A DNA stretch of 64,000 nt from Dehalococcoidia bacterium (GTDB lineage Bacteria > Chloroflexota > Dehalococcoidia > UBA2979), in NCBI GenBank assembly GCA_964291495.2, contig OZ219871.1:160001-224000 (forward strand), given 5' to 3'. The translations under genes were made by a program, and so were the position numbers. Below the pieces are notes generated by a model. It ran no database searches and was not told the DNA's origin. It was given only the letters and a program-made list of their open reading frames with translations. Positions 47,215-56,438 of the stretch are shown piece after piece; the first letter of the stretch is position 1; each line of letters starts with the position of its first letter.

Positions 47215-48285
47215 CTACCCGCCGCGGATGCGCTCGAGCAGCAGTTCCTCGAGCGAGAAGTCGAGTTCCTCGGCGAGTGTCTTGTCGAGGCCCTCGTTCA
47301 TGAACCACTCGAAGGTGTGCTCGACGGCGGAGCGGAAGTTGTACTCCGGCTCCCAGTCGATCTCCTTCATCAGGCGGTCGATCGAGAAGATGACGTTCTG
47401 GTTCCAGGGGTGGATGTTGGGCGCGGAGCGCTGCACCAGCTGCGAGACGCGCGTCAGCCAGGCCCCGCCTCCGGCGCCGCGCCGGTCGACGAGCGGCCCG
47501 CCGCCGAGCGGGAGCTTGTCCGCCCAGAGGTCGTCCATGAGCGAGGCGGGGACGGAGATCTTCTCCGGCGTCACGCCGACCACGTCCGCGATCGTGTCGA
47601 TGTAGCCCTCGTCGGTGAAGTAGTCCTTGCCCGTGAGGTTGTAGCGCTTCCCGAAGGTGTTGGGGTTGAGCATCATCATGCGCAACGCCTTCGCCTCGTC
47701 GTCGACGTGGCCGATCTGGCCGAGCGTGGTGCCATCCCCGGGCACCAGCGCGGGCCGCCCCTGCAGCAGGCGCACGAACATCCGCTGCTCGCGGTCCTTG
47801 ATCATGTTGTGCGGCCCGAACACCGAGGCGAACGGAACCATCGAGGCGGGGAAGCCGTGATCCCAGTAGGCGCGGGTGAGGTACTGCTCGCAGATGATCT
47901 TGTTGCGCCCGTACTCGATCTGGTTCTCCGAGAGGTCCACCGGGTGGGTCTCGCGGATCGGGAGGATCTTCGCGTGGGCGTAGATCGCGGTGGAGCTGGC
48001 GAAGATGTAGTGCCCGGTCCGGCCATGGAAGATCTCGTCCATGCTGCGCACATCGTCGAGGGTGTAGGCGCTCATGTCCTGGATGCAGTCGAACTCCTCG
48101 CCGGCGAAGACCTCGCGCATCCCGTCGTGGTCGGTGCGATCGCCGTGGAGGCGGCGCACGCCGGGCGGCAGCACGGCCTGCGTGATGCCGCGATTGAAGG
48201 TCGTGACCTCGTGTCCGTGTTTCACGAGCTCCTGGACGAGGTGGAGCCCGTTGAATCGCGTGCCGCCCATCACCAGAACTCTCAC
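47215..48285 (-). CDS. NAD-dependent epimerase/dehydratase family protein
   Basis: GGAGG then GTG; VLVMGGTRFNG, FNRG, GDR, SS..IY, YGRNK. Confidence 0.9.
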   Translation of the reverse strand: MRVLVMGGTRFNGLHLVQELVKHGHEVTTFNRGITQAVLPPGVRRLHGDRTDHDGMREVFAGEEFDCIQDMSAYTLDDVRSMDEIFHGRTGHYIFASSTAIYAHAKILPIRETHPVDLSENQIEYGRNKIICEQYLTRAYWDHGFPASMVPFASVFGPHNMIKDREQRMFVRLLQGRPALVPGDGTTLGQIGHVDDEAKALRMMMLNPNTFGKRYNLTGKDYFTDEGYIDTIADVVGVTPEKISVPASLMDDLWADKLPLGGGPLVDRRGAGGGAWLTRVSQLVQRSAPNIHPWNQNVIFSIDRLMKEIDWEPEYNFRSAVEHTFEWFMNEGLDKTLAEELDFSLEELLLERIRGG

Positions 48286-48356
48286 AAGGAACCTCCGCAT
48301 CACGCGCATCATCGGCGCGCGCGCATTCTACGCTGCCGGAAGGCACGTGAAGGCTG

Positions 48357-48617
48357 CTAGTCCAGTGGTGCAATCCTGCCGAGCGGCTCCTGGCGCTGGG
48401 CTCGTTCCCAGGCGTCCCTCAGCTCCTCCTGCCTCAGCGAGGCCCACTCGACGACGAGCCCTTGCGCGCGGGGAGGGAGGCGGCCATGCAGCACGGCGAG
48501 CGTCTCGATGCCCACCAGCGCCTCATCTCCTCCGTACCGTGCGTGGAAGTGCGGCGGCCCGTGATCAGCGAAGTACATTCGGATAGTGATGCCGTAGAAG
48601 CGGCAGAGTTCAGGCAT
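48357..48617 (-). CDS. DUF4160 protein (putative type II toxin)
   Basis: MPELCRFYGI.I.MY..DH.PPHFHA.Y, G.LP......V.EW...Q.EL...W......I.PL. Confidence 0.9.
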   Translation of the reverse strand: MPELCRFYGITIRMYFADHGPPHFHARYGGDEALVGIETLAVLHGRLPPRAQGLVVEWASLRQEELRDAWERAQRQEPLGRIAPLD

Positions 48618-48894
48618 GTTCCGCCGGAAGCATGGCCCCCGGCATCACCTCCGCGACAGGCTTTCCCGTGAGCCTCATGTAGAGGGCGTCCGGGCAAAGT
48701 TCGATGTCCTGCCCCCAGGCAATAGCCCGGTGAGAGGTGATGCAGACGCTCTCAAAGCAGGAACGGTCGTTCCAAGCCGTGAACACTCCGCGGCCAGCGA
48801 GGTCTGAGAGGTCGACTTCCCCGGCCGCGCCGTCCGAGTACCGGAGCCAGACCCGGTACCCCTCCCGCGGCTCTACCTCAGCTGGCTGGATCAT
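48610..48894 (-). CDS. DUF2442 protein (putative antitoxin)
   Basis: V....GY...L.YSDG..G.VDL, G.GVF, F..V.......I.W...IELCPDALY. Confidence 0.88.
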   Translation of the reverse strand: MIQPAEVEPREGYRVWLRYSDGAAGEVDLSDLAGRGVFTAWNDRSCFESVCITSHRAIAWGQDIELCPDALYMRLTGKPVAEVMPGAMLPAEHA

Positions 48895-48924
48895 CGCTGC
48901 CCTCCCGGAGGGGTCGGCCGCCTG

Positions 48925-49758
48925 CTAGCCCTCCACCTCGAGGACGCGCAGGCGCAGCTGGCCCGCGGGGGCCTCGACCAGCACCTCGTCGCCGGGGCCC
49001 TGGTTGATGACGGCGAGGCCTACGGGGGACTCGACCGAGATCTTGCCGCTGGCGGGGTTGACCTCGCTGGGGCTGACGAGCTGGAAGGTCTGCTCGCGGT
49101 CGAGGTTGAGATTCAGCACCTTCACGGTGGAGCCGACGTTGGCGCGGCCTCGCTTCGTCTCCGGATCGATGATCACGGCATGGCGCAGCTGGTCCTCGAT
49201 CACGCGGATGCGCGCCTCGAGGTGCGCCTGCGCGTCGCGCGCGGCGTCGAGCGGGGCGTTCTCGCGAAAGTCCTTGTCCGCCATCGCCGCGCGCAGCGAC
49301 TCGGCGATCTCGGGACGGCGCGCCTTCAGCTCCTCGAGCTCCTGCTCGAGCGATTCGAGGCCCTCGATTGTGACGTAGTAGGCGCCGCCCAGCTCGGCGG
49401 CCGCGCCTGCGCCGCCGCGCGCCCCGCCGCCGCCCTCGCGCAGCCGCAGGGCGGGGACGAGGTTCTCCTCCGTGAAGGCGAGCCGCGAGGCGTAGGCGAG
49501 GAGGGCGCGCAGCGGCTCCAGCAGCGTGCTCATCTCGTCGTCGAGCTCCGCCGGATCGTCGTCGGTCGCGAACGCCTCGGGAAAGCGCTCGCGCAGGTAC
49601 TCGCCGATCTGGTCGGCCGTGAGATCGCCCATCAGGTGGTCGGCGCCGAGCCACTCGACGAAGCGATCGATCTCGGCGCGCTCCTCGCGCGCCTTCTCGG
49701 CCTCGAGCGCGTTGAGGAAGTGTGCGCCAGCATCGCCCACGCTGATAGCCTCGGCCAT
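48925..49758 (-). CDS. greA: transcription elongation factor GreA with about 110-aa N-terminal extra domain
   Basis: C-terminal T.EG...L..EL..LK, DFRENA..DAAR, GSTV, LV...E.NP..GKIS.ESPVG.A. Confidence 0.88.
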   Translation of the reverse strand: MAEAISVGDAGAHFLNALEAEKAREERAEIDRFVEWLGADHLMGDLTADQIGEYLRERFPEAFATDDDPAELDDEMSTLLEPLRALLAYASRLAFTEENLVPALRLREGGGGARGGAGAAAELGGAYYVTIEGLESLEQELEELKARRPEIAESLRAAMADKDFRENAPLDAARDAQAHLEARIRVIEDQLRHAVIIDPETKRGRANVGSTVKVLNLNLDREQTFQLVSPSEVNPASGKISVESPVGLAVINQGPGDEVLVEAPAGQLRLRVLEVEG

Positions 49759-49864
49759 GGCCGGCTCCTCCTACTCGTTCGGTGTGAGGGCGCTCCGGGC
49801 GACCCGCCGTTCCGGATACACGGTCGTGCCCGGCCCAAGCAGTGTAGAAGATCGGCGAGCGCGC

Positions 49865-50611
49865 ATGTCAACAATGGAACACCTCGAGCCGCTCCGCTCG
49901 GAGCTGTCCCGCCTCGGCCTCGAACCGGGCGCCGAGACCCTGGCGCGCTTCGGGCGCTACCTCGCGCTGATCGAGGAGTGGCGCGTGCGTGCGGGCGTGA
50001 CCGCGATCCGCGACGCCCCCACCATCCAGCGGCGGCTGCTCGGCGAATCGCTCGCGCTGCTCGTGGCCCTGCGCGAGGCCGGCATCATCGAGGCGGGCGA
50101 GAGCCGTGCAGTCGTCGACATCGGGAGCGGCGCGGGGATCCCGGGCATCCCGATGGGGCTCGCCGATCCCGCGCTGGCGCTGACGCTGATCGAGTCGCAC
50201 GGACGGCGTTGCGAGTTCCTCGAGACCGTCGTCGCCGAGCTGGCGCTCGACGGGGTCGCCGTGCGGCGGATGCGCGCCGAGGAGGCAGGCCGCGACGCCG
50301 AATTGCGCGAGGGCTTCGACCTGGCCGTCGCGCGCGCCGTCGCGCCGCTGCCGGTGCTGGTCGAGTACGCGCTGCCGCTGCTGCGGCCGGGCGGCATCCT
50401 CGCGGCCCCGAAGGGCAGCCGCGCACGCGACGAGCTACGGGAAGCGGAGGCGGCGATCGAGGCGCTCGGCGGCCACGTCCTCGAGCCGCTCCCGCTCTCG
50501 CTGCCGGAGGACGCCGTGCCGCAGCTGGTGGTCCTGGTGCAGCGCGACGGCCCGCTGTCCGAGCGCTATCCGCGGCGCCCGGGCATCCCGAGCAAGCGCC
50601 CGCTGGGCTGA
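49865..50611 (+). CDS. rsmG: 16S rRNA m7G527 methyltransferase
   Basis: TAI, ESL, DIGSGAGIPG.P, RAEE, FD..VARAVA.L..L.EY.LPLL, PKG, YPRRPG.P.K.PL. Confidence 0.95.
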   Translation: MSTMEHLEPLRSELSRLGLEPGAETLARFGRYLALIEEWRVRAGVTAIRDAPTIQRRLLGESLALLVALREAGIIEAGESRAVVDIGSGAGIPGIPMGLADPALALTLIESHGRRCEFLETVVAELALDGVAVRRMRAEEAGRDAELREGFDLAVARAVAPLPVLVEYALPLLRPGGILAAPKGSRARDELREAEAAIEALGGHVLEPLPLSLPEDAVPQLVVLVQRDGPLSERYPRRPGIPSKRPLG

Positions 50612-50621
50612 CGGCCTGCGC

Positions 50622-51140
50622 TCAGGCCGAGAGCTCGCCAAGCACTGACTCGTAGACCTCGCGCGTGGCCGCGTCGAAGCAGACGAACGTCACTGTCTCC
50701 GGCAACTCGTTGCCAGCGAGGAAGGCGCGCGTCTCGGCGATGGCGATGCGCGTGGCGTGCTCCAGCGGGAAGCCGTAGGCGCCGGTGCTAATCGCCGGAA
50801 AGGCGACGCTGGCCGCCTCATGGTCGCGGGCGAGTTCGAGGCTGTTGCGGTAGGCGTCGGCGAGCAGGTCGGGCTCGCCCTGCCGGCCGCCGGACCAGAT
50901 CGGCCCGACGGTGTGGATCACGTAGGTGGCGGGCAGGTTGTAGCCGTAGGTGATGCGCGCCTCGCCGGTGGGGCAGCCGCCGATCTCGCGGCAGGCCTCG
51001 AGCAGTTCCGGACCGGCGGCGCGGTGGATCGCGCCGTCCACGCCACCCCCGCCGAGCAGCGAGCTATTCGCCGCGTTGACGATGGCGTCGACCTGTTGCT
51101 GCGTGATGTCGCCCTGCTCGACGCGGATGCGCTCGTGCAT
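50622..51140 (-). CDS. macro-domain O-acetyl-ADP-ribose deacetylase (YmdB-like)
   Basis: GDIT...[45 protein letters not shown]. Confidence 0.95.
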   Translation of the reverse strand: MHERIRVEQGDITQQQVDAIVNAANSSLLGGGGVDGAIHRAAGPELLEACREIGGCPTGEARITYGYNLPATYVIHTVGPIWSGGRQGEPDLLADAYRNSLELARDHEAASVAFPAISTGAYGFPLEHATRIAIAETRAFLAGNELPETVTFVCFDAATREVYESVLGELSA

Positions 51141-51238
51141 CGTTGGCCCTCGCCTCCCGCGTGGTTCTCGAGGGCATTCTAGGGGCGGGGGATCTGCCTC
51201 GCGCGCCTGTCGCGGGTTCGCGCTAGACTTGGTGCGGC

Positions 51239-51314
51239 GGGCCTGTAGCTCAGCTGGGAGAGCGCCACACTGGCAGTGTGGAGGTCAGGGGTTCGAGCCC
51301 CCTCAGGTCCACCA
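51239..51314 (+). tRNA. tRNA-Ala (GGC)
   Basis: 76-nt cloverleaf: GGGCCTG/CAGGTCC acceptor stem with G3:U70, TAGCTCAG D-arm, GGC anticodon, GTTCGA T-loop, encoded CCA. Confidence 0.97.
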
Positions 51315-51364
51315 GTACCCAGCAAACAAGGCGTGGCATCGTGTGTCCGAAGGGTGGGCGCCGA

Positions 51365-51526
51365 GTGAGTCAGCCTACGTACCTCGGTGTAGGCATCGCC
51401 GTCGGAGCCGGAGCGGGTGTAGGCATAGGAGCGCTGATCGGCAACATCGGCGTCGGCGTGGCAATCGGAGTTGCCGTGGGGGTCGCGCTCGGCGCCGCCT
51501 GGGACCGTCGTCATCACGACGGCTAA
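51365..51526 (+). CDS. small glycine-zipper membrane protein (53 aa)
   Basis: SQPTYLGVGIAVGAGAGVGIGALIGNIGVGVAIGVAVGVALGAAW, repeated GxxxG. Confidence 0.6.
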   Translation: MSQPTYLGVGIAVGAGAGVGIGALIGNIGVGVAIGVAVGVALGAAWDRRHHDG

Positions 51527-51665
51527 CGGCCGCACCCTGTGGTCCACGGCGCTCTCACCGCGTCGACAGCACCTCGAAGGTGGTACGCCGCCGACCGCCT
51601 CTCGCGACCGACACCCAGCAGCAGCCGAATGATGCGAAGAGGCTGTCGCCGACGGAAACCCGCGC

Positions 51666-52382
51666 TCACATGCCCAGAGCGCTGTAGTCGCCATCCAGGA
51701 TCAGGCGGGCGGAGACGTACAGCCCCAGCATCGGGATCAGCACCCAGATGGCGTTCGGACTGAAGATGTACACGTAGAACTCTCGAGTCGTGATCCGGGT
51801 TTGCTTCCGTCCCACGAGGAAACTCACCACGTAGAGCGAGGACGCGTACACCCACTGCCAGAAGAGCATCATCCCGAGAATGCCGGCGGCGACGGCCGGC
51901 AGAAGCCCGCCGGTATAGGTCACATAGAGGATCAACGTCGGTGCAGGTGTGAAGAACCCGTTCGCGATGTCGATGTTGAACCCGTACGTATTGCGATCTG
52001 CATAGGCCGAATCAAACATCGAGTACGTCGCCCAGACGTCCGCCCAGACCGTCGGAGAGAGGATCCGGTTGAGCGGCACGCTGGTCGTGAGGAACTCCAC
52101 GGCGGGGGTCTTGCCGGTGTCGTCCCACCGTCTGCGCCAGGATTCCGCACGCTCCTCGATGTAGTCCCTTCGGAAGAACAGGCACATCTCCCAGTAGCAG
52201 ACCACGAGGTTGATCGAGAAGAACAGGGTGAGCAGGCCCTGGAAGACGTCGAGGTCACCGTGGAGGAGGTAGCGCACGCCAACGCCAGGCAACGCCAGGA
52301 GTCCGACCGCCACGACGGCGATCACACCGGCCGGCGCCCCCCACCGGCGCGTTCGCCCGCCACCGACATCCGACTCTGCCAC
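51666..52382 (-). CDS. membrane protein, EXPERA/emopamil-binding-protein-like
   Basis: About 5 TM; W..Y...D..Y (VWATYSMFDSAY) and N.IW..IP (NAIWVLIP). Confidence 0.55.
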   Translation of the reverse strand: MAESDVGGGRTRRWGAPAGVIAVVAVGLLALPGVGVRYLLHGDLDVFQGLLTLFFSINLVVCYWEMCLFFRRDYIEERAESWRRRWDDTGKTPAVEFLTTSVPLNRILSPTVWADVWATYSMFDSAYADRNTYGFNIDIANGFFTPAPTLILYVTYTGGLLPAVAAGILGMMLFWQWVYASSLYVVSFLVGRKQTRITTREFYVYIFSPNAIWVLIPMLGLYVSARLILDGDYSALGM

Positions 52383-52533
52383 CAGGGCTGTATCTTACGG
52401 GCGGTTGGCCGACTACAGACTGAACAGCACCTCGAAGGCGGTACCGTCTACCTTCAAGTTGGCCCACCAGCCTCGAGGTTCGCACTCTGCCCGACCAATG
52501 CGGCCGCGGCACCCGCGGATCGGAGTGAATGCT

Positions 52534-52992
52534 ATGGCCGGCAAGACATCGAGGGGATCCGCGAAGGCCTCGGAGTGGGTCGCTCCCGAGAACCCGAGGC
52601 TCCTCTCGGGCGGCAACCCGCAGATCCCGAAGGGGGACGGCGACGCCCCCGTACAGGCCTACATCGCGGCCATGCCTGAGTGGAAGCGCGAGGTCGGATG
52701 TCGCCTCGACGGCCTCATCGAGCGCACCGTGCCGGATGTGCGGAAGGCCGTGAGATGGAACTCGCCCTGGTACGGCGTCGAGGGCCAGGGCTGGTTCGTG
52801 AGCTACCACGTCTTCACCCGCTACGTGAAGGTGACTTTCCTGCAGGGCGCGTCGCTGAGTCCCGTCCCACCCGGCTCCGGCAAGGACCCGGACTCGCGCT
52901 GGATCGACATCCACGAGGGCGAACTCGACGAGGAGCAGCTGGCCGAGTGGGTCCGGCAGGCTGCCGCGATCCCCGGCTGGGACGGCTTCTGA
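52534..52992 (+). CDS. DUF1801 (YdhG-like) protein
   Basis: LLSGGNPQI.KGDGDAPVQAYIAAMP.WK, KAV.WNSP.YG, KVTF..G.SL.P.PP. Confidence 0.88.
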   Translation: MAGKTSRGSAKASEWVAPENPRLLSGGNPQIPKGDGDAPVQAYIAAMPEWKREVGCRLDGLIERTVPDVRKAVRWNSPWYGVEGQGWFVSYHVFTRYVKVTFLQGASLSPVPPGSGKDPDSRWIDIHEGELDEEQLAEWVRQAAAIPGWDGF

Positions 52993-53016
52993 GGGCCTTT
53001 GCGCTGGAGTCACTCC

Positions 53017-53733
53017 ATGAATCGGCCACGGGCACTCTTCCTCGATCTCGACGAAACAATAGTCGATCGCCTTGATCCCGAGGTGATCATCCGGACGTGC
53101 GCGGAGATCGCCACGCTGCACCCGGATCTGGACGCAACTCGCCTTGCCGCGGCCAACCGCGAGGTGTGGGACGACTACTGGCCCCACGTCGAGGAGGAGT
53201 GGACTCTCGGGGCGCTCGACGGCGCCTCGGTGAGTCTCGAGGCGTGGCGTCGCGCACTGCGGAAGTGCGGATGCGCCGACGAGTCGGTCGCCGAACGCAC
53301 AGCCCGGATCTTCCGGCAGCAGGCCGGCGCGGCCTATCGCCTGTTCGATGACGTCCATGACCTCGTGGCAGCAGCGCAGAGGGCCCGTATCCCGCTCGCG
53401 CTCATCACGAATGGAGCTGCCGACACCCAGCGCGACAAGCTGACGGCCCTCGACATCGGTCGTTGGTTCGAGACAATCGTCATCTCCGGGGAGGTTGGGC
53501 TGGCCAAGCCCGATCCGCGCATCTTCGAGGTCGCTCTGGAATCACTCGCCGTAGAGCGGGACGCTGTGTGGCACGTCGGCGACGGTCTGGCAACCGACAT
53601 CGCGGGCGCGAGGGCTACCGGGCTCACCGCAGTGTGGCTCAACAGAGGCGGTCTCGCGCGGACGGAAGACGATCCTGAGCCCGAGATCGAGATCCGTTCA
53701 CTGTCGGAAGTGACGCTCGCGCTGTCGCTATAG
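53017..53733 (+). CDS. HAD-family hydrolase
   Basis: FLDLDET, LITNG, KPDPRIF, HVGD....DI.GA...G. Confidence 0.92.
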   Translation: MNRPRALFLDLDETIVDRLDPEVIIRTCAEIATLHPDLDATRLAAANREVWDDYWPHVEEEWTLGALDGASVSLEAWRRALRKCGCADESVAERTARIFRQQAGAAYRLFDDVHDLVAAAQRARIPLALITNGAADTQRDKLTALDIGRWFETIVISGEVGLAKPDPRIFEVALESLAVERDAVWHVGDGLATDIAGARATGLTAVWLNRGGLARTEDDPEPEIEIRSLSEVTLALSL

Positions 53734-53766
53734 ACTCGCGCGCGCGGAGGCCTGCCCGGGAGGCGC

Positions 53767-55044
53767 ATGAGATCGATCATTCCCGCCGGGATGGTGTACG
53801 CGGTGTCGCCGACCACCGCGGTGATCATGGGCGACTCGCTCATGTACATCGTGCTGCCCGTGGCGGCAGTCGAGTTCGGGGTGGCCGGGCAGCTCGGCCT
53901 GAGCGCGTCCTTCTGGATCGGGCTTGCGCTCAGCATCAACCGCTTCATTCGCCTCGTCAGCAACGCGTTCGCCCCCTCCGTCTTCCAGCGCTTCGGGGTG
54001 CGTTGGCCCTTCGTCGCTTCGATTGCCGTCGGTTCCCTGACGACGCTCGCGTACGGGCTGGGGAGCAGCCTCGCGCTGCTGCTGCTGGCCCGCGCCGCGT
54101 GGGGAGTCTCGTACTCCCACATGCGGCTCGCCGCTCAGCTGACGGCGTTCGGCGTCGGTACCTCCGCGATGCGAGGCAGGCTGATGGGGTTCTTCAACTC
54201 CGGGCAACGGCTCGGCAGCCTGATCGCGGTCACCGCGGGCGCGCTGCTGTTCCAACTCACCTCGAGGGAGGTGACGTTCGCGGCCCTCGCTGGCGTCGGG
54301 CTGCTCGGCATGATCATCGCCACCCGGGTGCCGAACCTCCGGCCCGAGCGCGCCCGACCCTCCCGTGGGGGGCTGCGAGAGCGGCTCAGCCCCTGGAACC
54401 TCGCCGTGTCGCGGCTGCCGGGCTACGGGCGCAAGCTCCGGCTCCGCCTGCTCTCGATCAGCCTGCTGCGGTTCGCCACGGCGTTCGCGGCGAACGGTCT
54501 GGCGATCGCGACCGTGGCTCCCTACCTCGCCGGGTTCGCCGACGAGGACGAGCGAGTGCTTGGTGGATCACTCGCCGTGGTCACACTCGCGGGACTGCTG
54601 GTCGGCTTCCGGTGGCTGTCCGACCTCGGCCTCGGCGTGCCGCTGGGGCACCTCTCGGACCGCGTCGGCAGGCGGGTGTCCATCACCAGTGGGTTGGCGG
54701 TGATGGTTGCGTCGCTGGTCCTGGTGGCTGGGCTTGACTCCGTGATCGCGACGGTCGTCGCGATGCCGCTGCTGTTCATCGCCGGCGTGGGTGTGAACGC
54801 GGCATTGGATGCCGCCATCGGCGAGACATCGCCCGCCGCAACGCGCGCCGCCGTGCTGGGCAGGTACTCGACCTGGCTGGACCTCGGGGCGGCGTTGGGC
54901 CCGTTCGCGGGATTCCTGATTGCCGACCTGATCGGCTTCCAGGGAGGGTTCCTCGTTGCGGCCGGGCTGCTGGCGGGCACCTGGGCGCTGTACGCGGCAG
55001 CCACGAGGAGGCCGCTGCGGCGCCGAGCCGCCGCCGGCTGGTGA
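53767..55044 (+). CDS. MFS transporter
   Basis: GDSLMYIVLP, LSINRFIRL, G.LSDRVGRR; about 12 TM. Confidence 0.88.
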   Translation: MRSIIPAGMVYAVSPTTAVIMGDSLMYIVLPVAAVEFGVAGQLGLSASFWIGLALSINRFIRLVSNAFAPSVFQRFGVRWPFVASIAVGSLTTLAYGLGSSLALLLLARAAWGVSYSHMRLAAQLTAFGVGTSAMRGRLMGFFNSGQRLGSLIAVTAGALLFQLTSREVTFAALAGVGLLGMIIATRVPNLRPERARPSRGGLRERLSPWNLAVSRLPGYGRKLRLRLLSISLLRFATAFAANGLAIATVAPYLAGFADEDERVLGGSLAVVTLAGLLVGFRWLSDLGLGVPLGHLSDRVGRRVSITSGLAVMVASLVLVAGLDSVIATVVAMPLLFIAGVGVNAALDAAIGETSPAATRAAVLGRYSTWLDLGAALGPFAGFLIADLIGFQGGFLVAAGLLAGTWALYAAATRRPLRRRAAAGW

Positions 55045-55068
55045 CCGGCACGGGCCCGCGAGGCTCGA

Positions 55069-56244
55069 CTACCAGCGGCTGGACTCCTCGGCGTGCGCGT
55101 GGTCGGGCAATGAGTAAGTGATGCCGCCCTCGTCGTACCCCGAGGCATCCAGCAGGGATGTGAACCTGCTGAAGCTGCTCTCCTGCACGCGTCGCGGAAA
55201 GAGCCTGAACAGGACGCGGTGGTAGCGCTCCTGCAGCCGGAACCAGGCCAGCACGCCGAACGTCGTGCTGGAGGGGTAGTGGAGCTGGTCCGCGAGTTCC
55301 TTACCGATCAGGGCGCGCGAGATCGTGAACACGTACTTCGAGAGTCGCTGGCGCTCGCTCGGCTCGTCGATGCCGATGATTAGCGGGGCGGAGTTGACGA
55401 GCGAGCTCGCCATCGCGATCGCCTCGATGTTCGGTTCCGGCTCGCAGACCGTGCCGATCTCGAAGAGCCTGAGAGCCTCCTCCTCGTCGCGGAAGAGGAT
55501 CGTCTCCGGGATGCCCATCAGGTGACCGGAGTAGCGCCAGACCTGCATGAAGCTCGCGCGCTCTTCTTCGTCAAAAACGGCGCCAAGGCTCCGCAAGTGC
55601 TTCAGCAGTCTCGCCGAGAACGCGGTGATCGCGTAGCCGACGTGTGCCGCACTGATCGGCCTGCCCCACGCCTCGTGGTCCCAGTCCTCGGCGGTGTCGA
55701 GCAGGCGCCTGACGCGCGAGTGCACGAGGCGGATCCGGACGGACAGCTTCCAGCCGTCGCCGCCGCGATCCATCCCGCCGGGCAGGAAGATCTCGATCAT
55801 GTGGCGGTTGTTCTGGCGCAGCCGCCGCACGCCCTGGTCGCGCAGCCGCCCGGTCACGAAGAACGACTTGCTGATGTTGGTGGAGAACCCCTCGACGAGC
55901 GTGCCGCCCACCATCGCGCCCAGGATCAGCCTCGAGTTCCTGTGGAACATGCGGATGCCGGGAGTAAAGGCGGACTGGTCGACCCAGTCCGGGGGGACCG
56001 CGATCTCCTCGAAGAAGTCGCGCACCACCGGCGGCAGCTCGCGAAGGTCGCGCGGATCCTCGGCGTCCATCGCCGCCTGGAGGATCCGCCTCGACTCCTC
56101 CGGTCCGAGGTCCGCGAGCGCGTCGGTCAGTTGATCGGCAGCAGGATCGCCGACCGTCGTGTGGGCGAGGTAGCGCGACGCGATCTCCGGATCAATGGCG
56201 CCGGCCTTCGCGTACCCTGCCTCGTAGTCCGACGGCACATTCAT
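55069..56244 (-). CDS. oxygenase MpaB/Lcp-like (DUF2236) family protein
   Basis: GDP.AD, P.WVD, TGRL.....RR, RIRLVHSRVR, WG.PI, WRYSG.LMGI. Confidence 0.85.
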   Translation of the reverse strand: MNVPSDYEAGYAKAGAIDPEIASRYLAHTTVGDPAADQLTDALADLGPEESRRILQAAMDAEDPRDLRELPPVVRDFFEEIAVPPDWVDQSAFTPGIRMFHRNSRLILGAMVGGTLVEGFSTNISKSFFVTGRLRDQGVRRLRQNNRHMIEIFLPGGMDRGGDGWKLSVRIRLVHSRVRRLLDTAEDWDHEAWGRPISAAHVGYAITAFSARLLKHLRSLGAVFDEEERASFMQVWRYSGHLMGIPETILFRDEEEALRLFEIGTVCEPEPNIEAIAMASSLVNSAPLIIGIDEPSERQRLSKYVFTISRALIGKELADQLHYPSSTTFGVLAWFRLQERYHRVLFRLFPRRVQESSFSRFTSLLDASGYDEGGITYSLPDHAHAEESSRW

Positions 56245-56438
56245 GCGGGCCTCTGGGCCTCCATCGCGCTTCTATGGTACGGCGCGCCGGGTCGCTGAGC
56301 CTAGCACCAACAGTTCCGTGGAGTGGAACGGTACCCGGGATCGTGATGTCGCCGATTGGCGCCAGCCGCGAGCGACCAGCTCGCCGGCGACCGCTACAAT
56401 CGCGCCGGTCCAACTCCGCAGCGCGAGAGGAGCGAACG

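Noticed and set aside
51239-56400. Prophage or integrative element at tRNA-Ala
   Set aside because: No integrase, phage genes or duplicated tRNA 3' end seen
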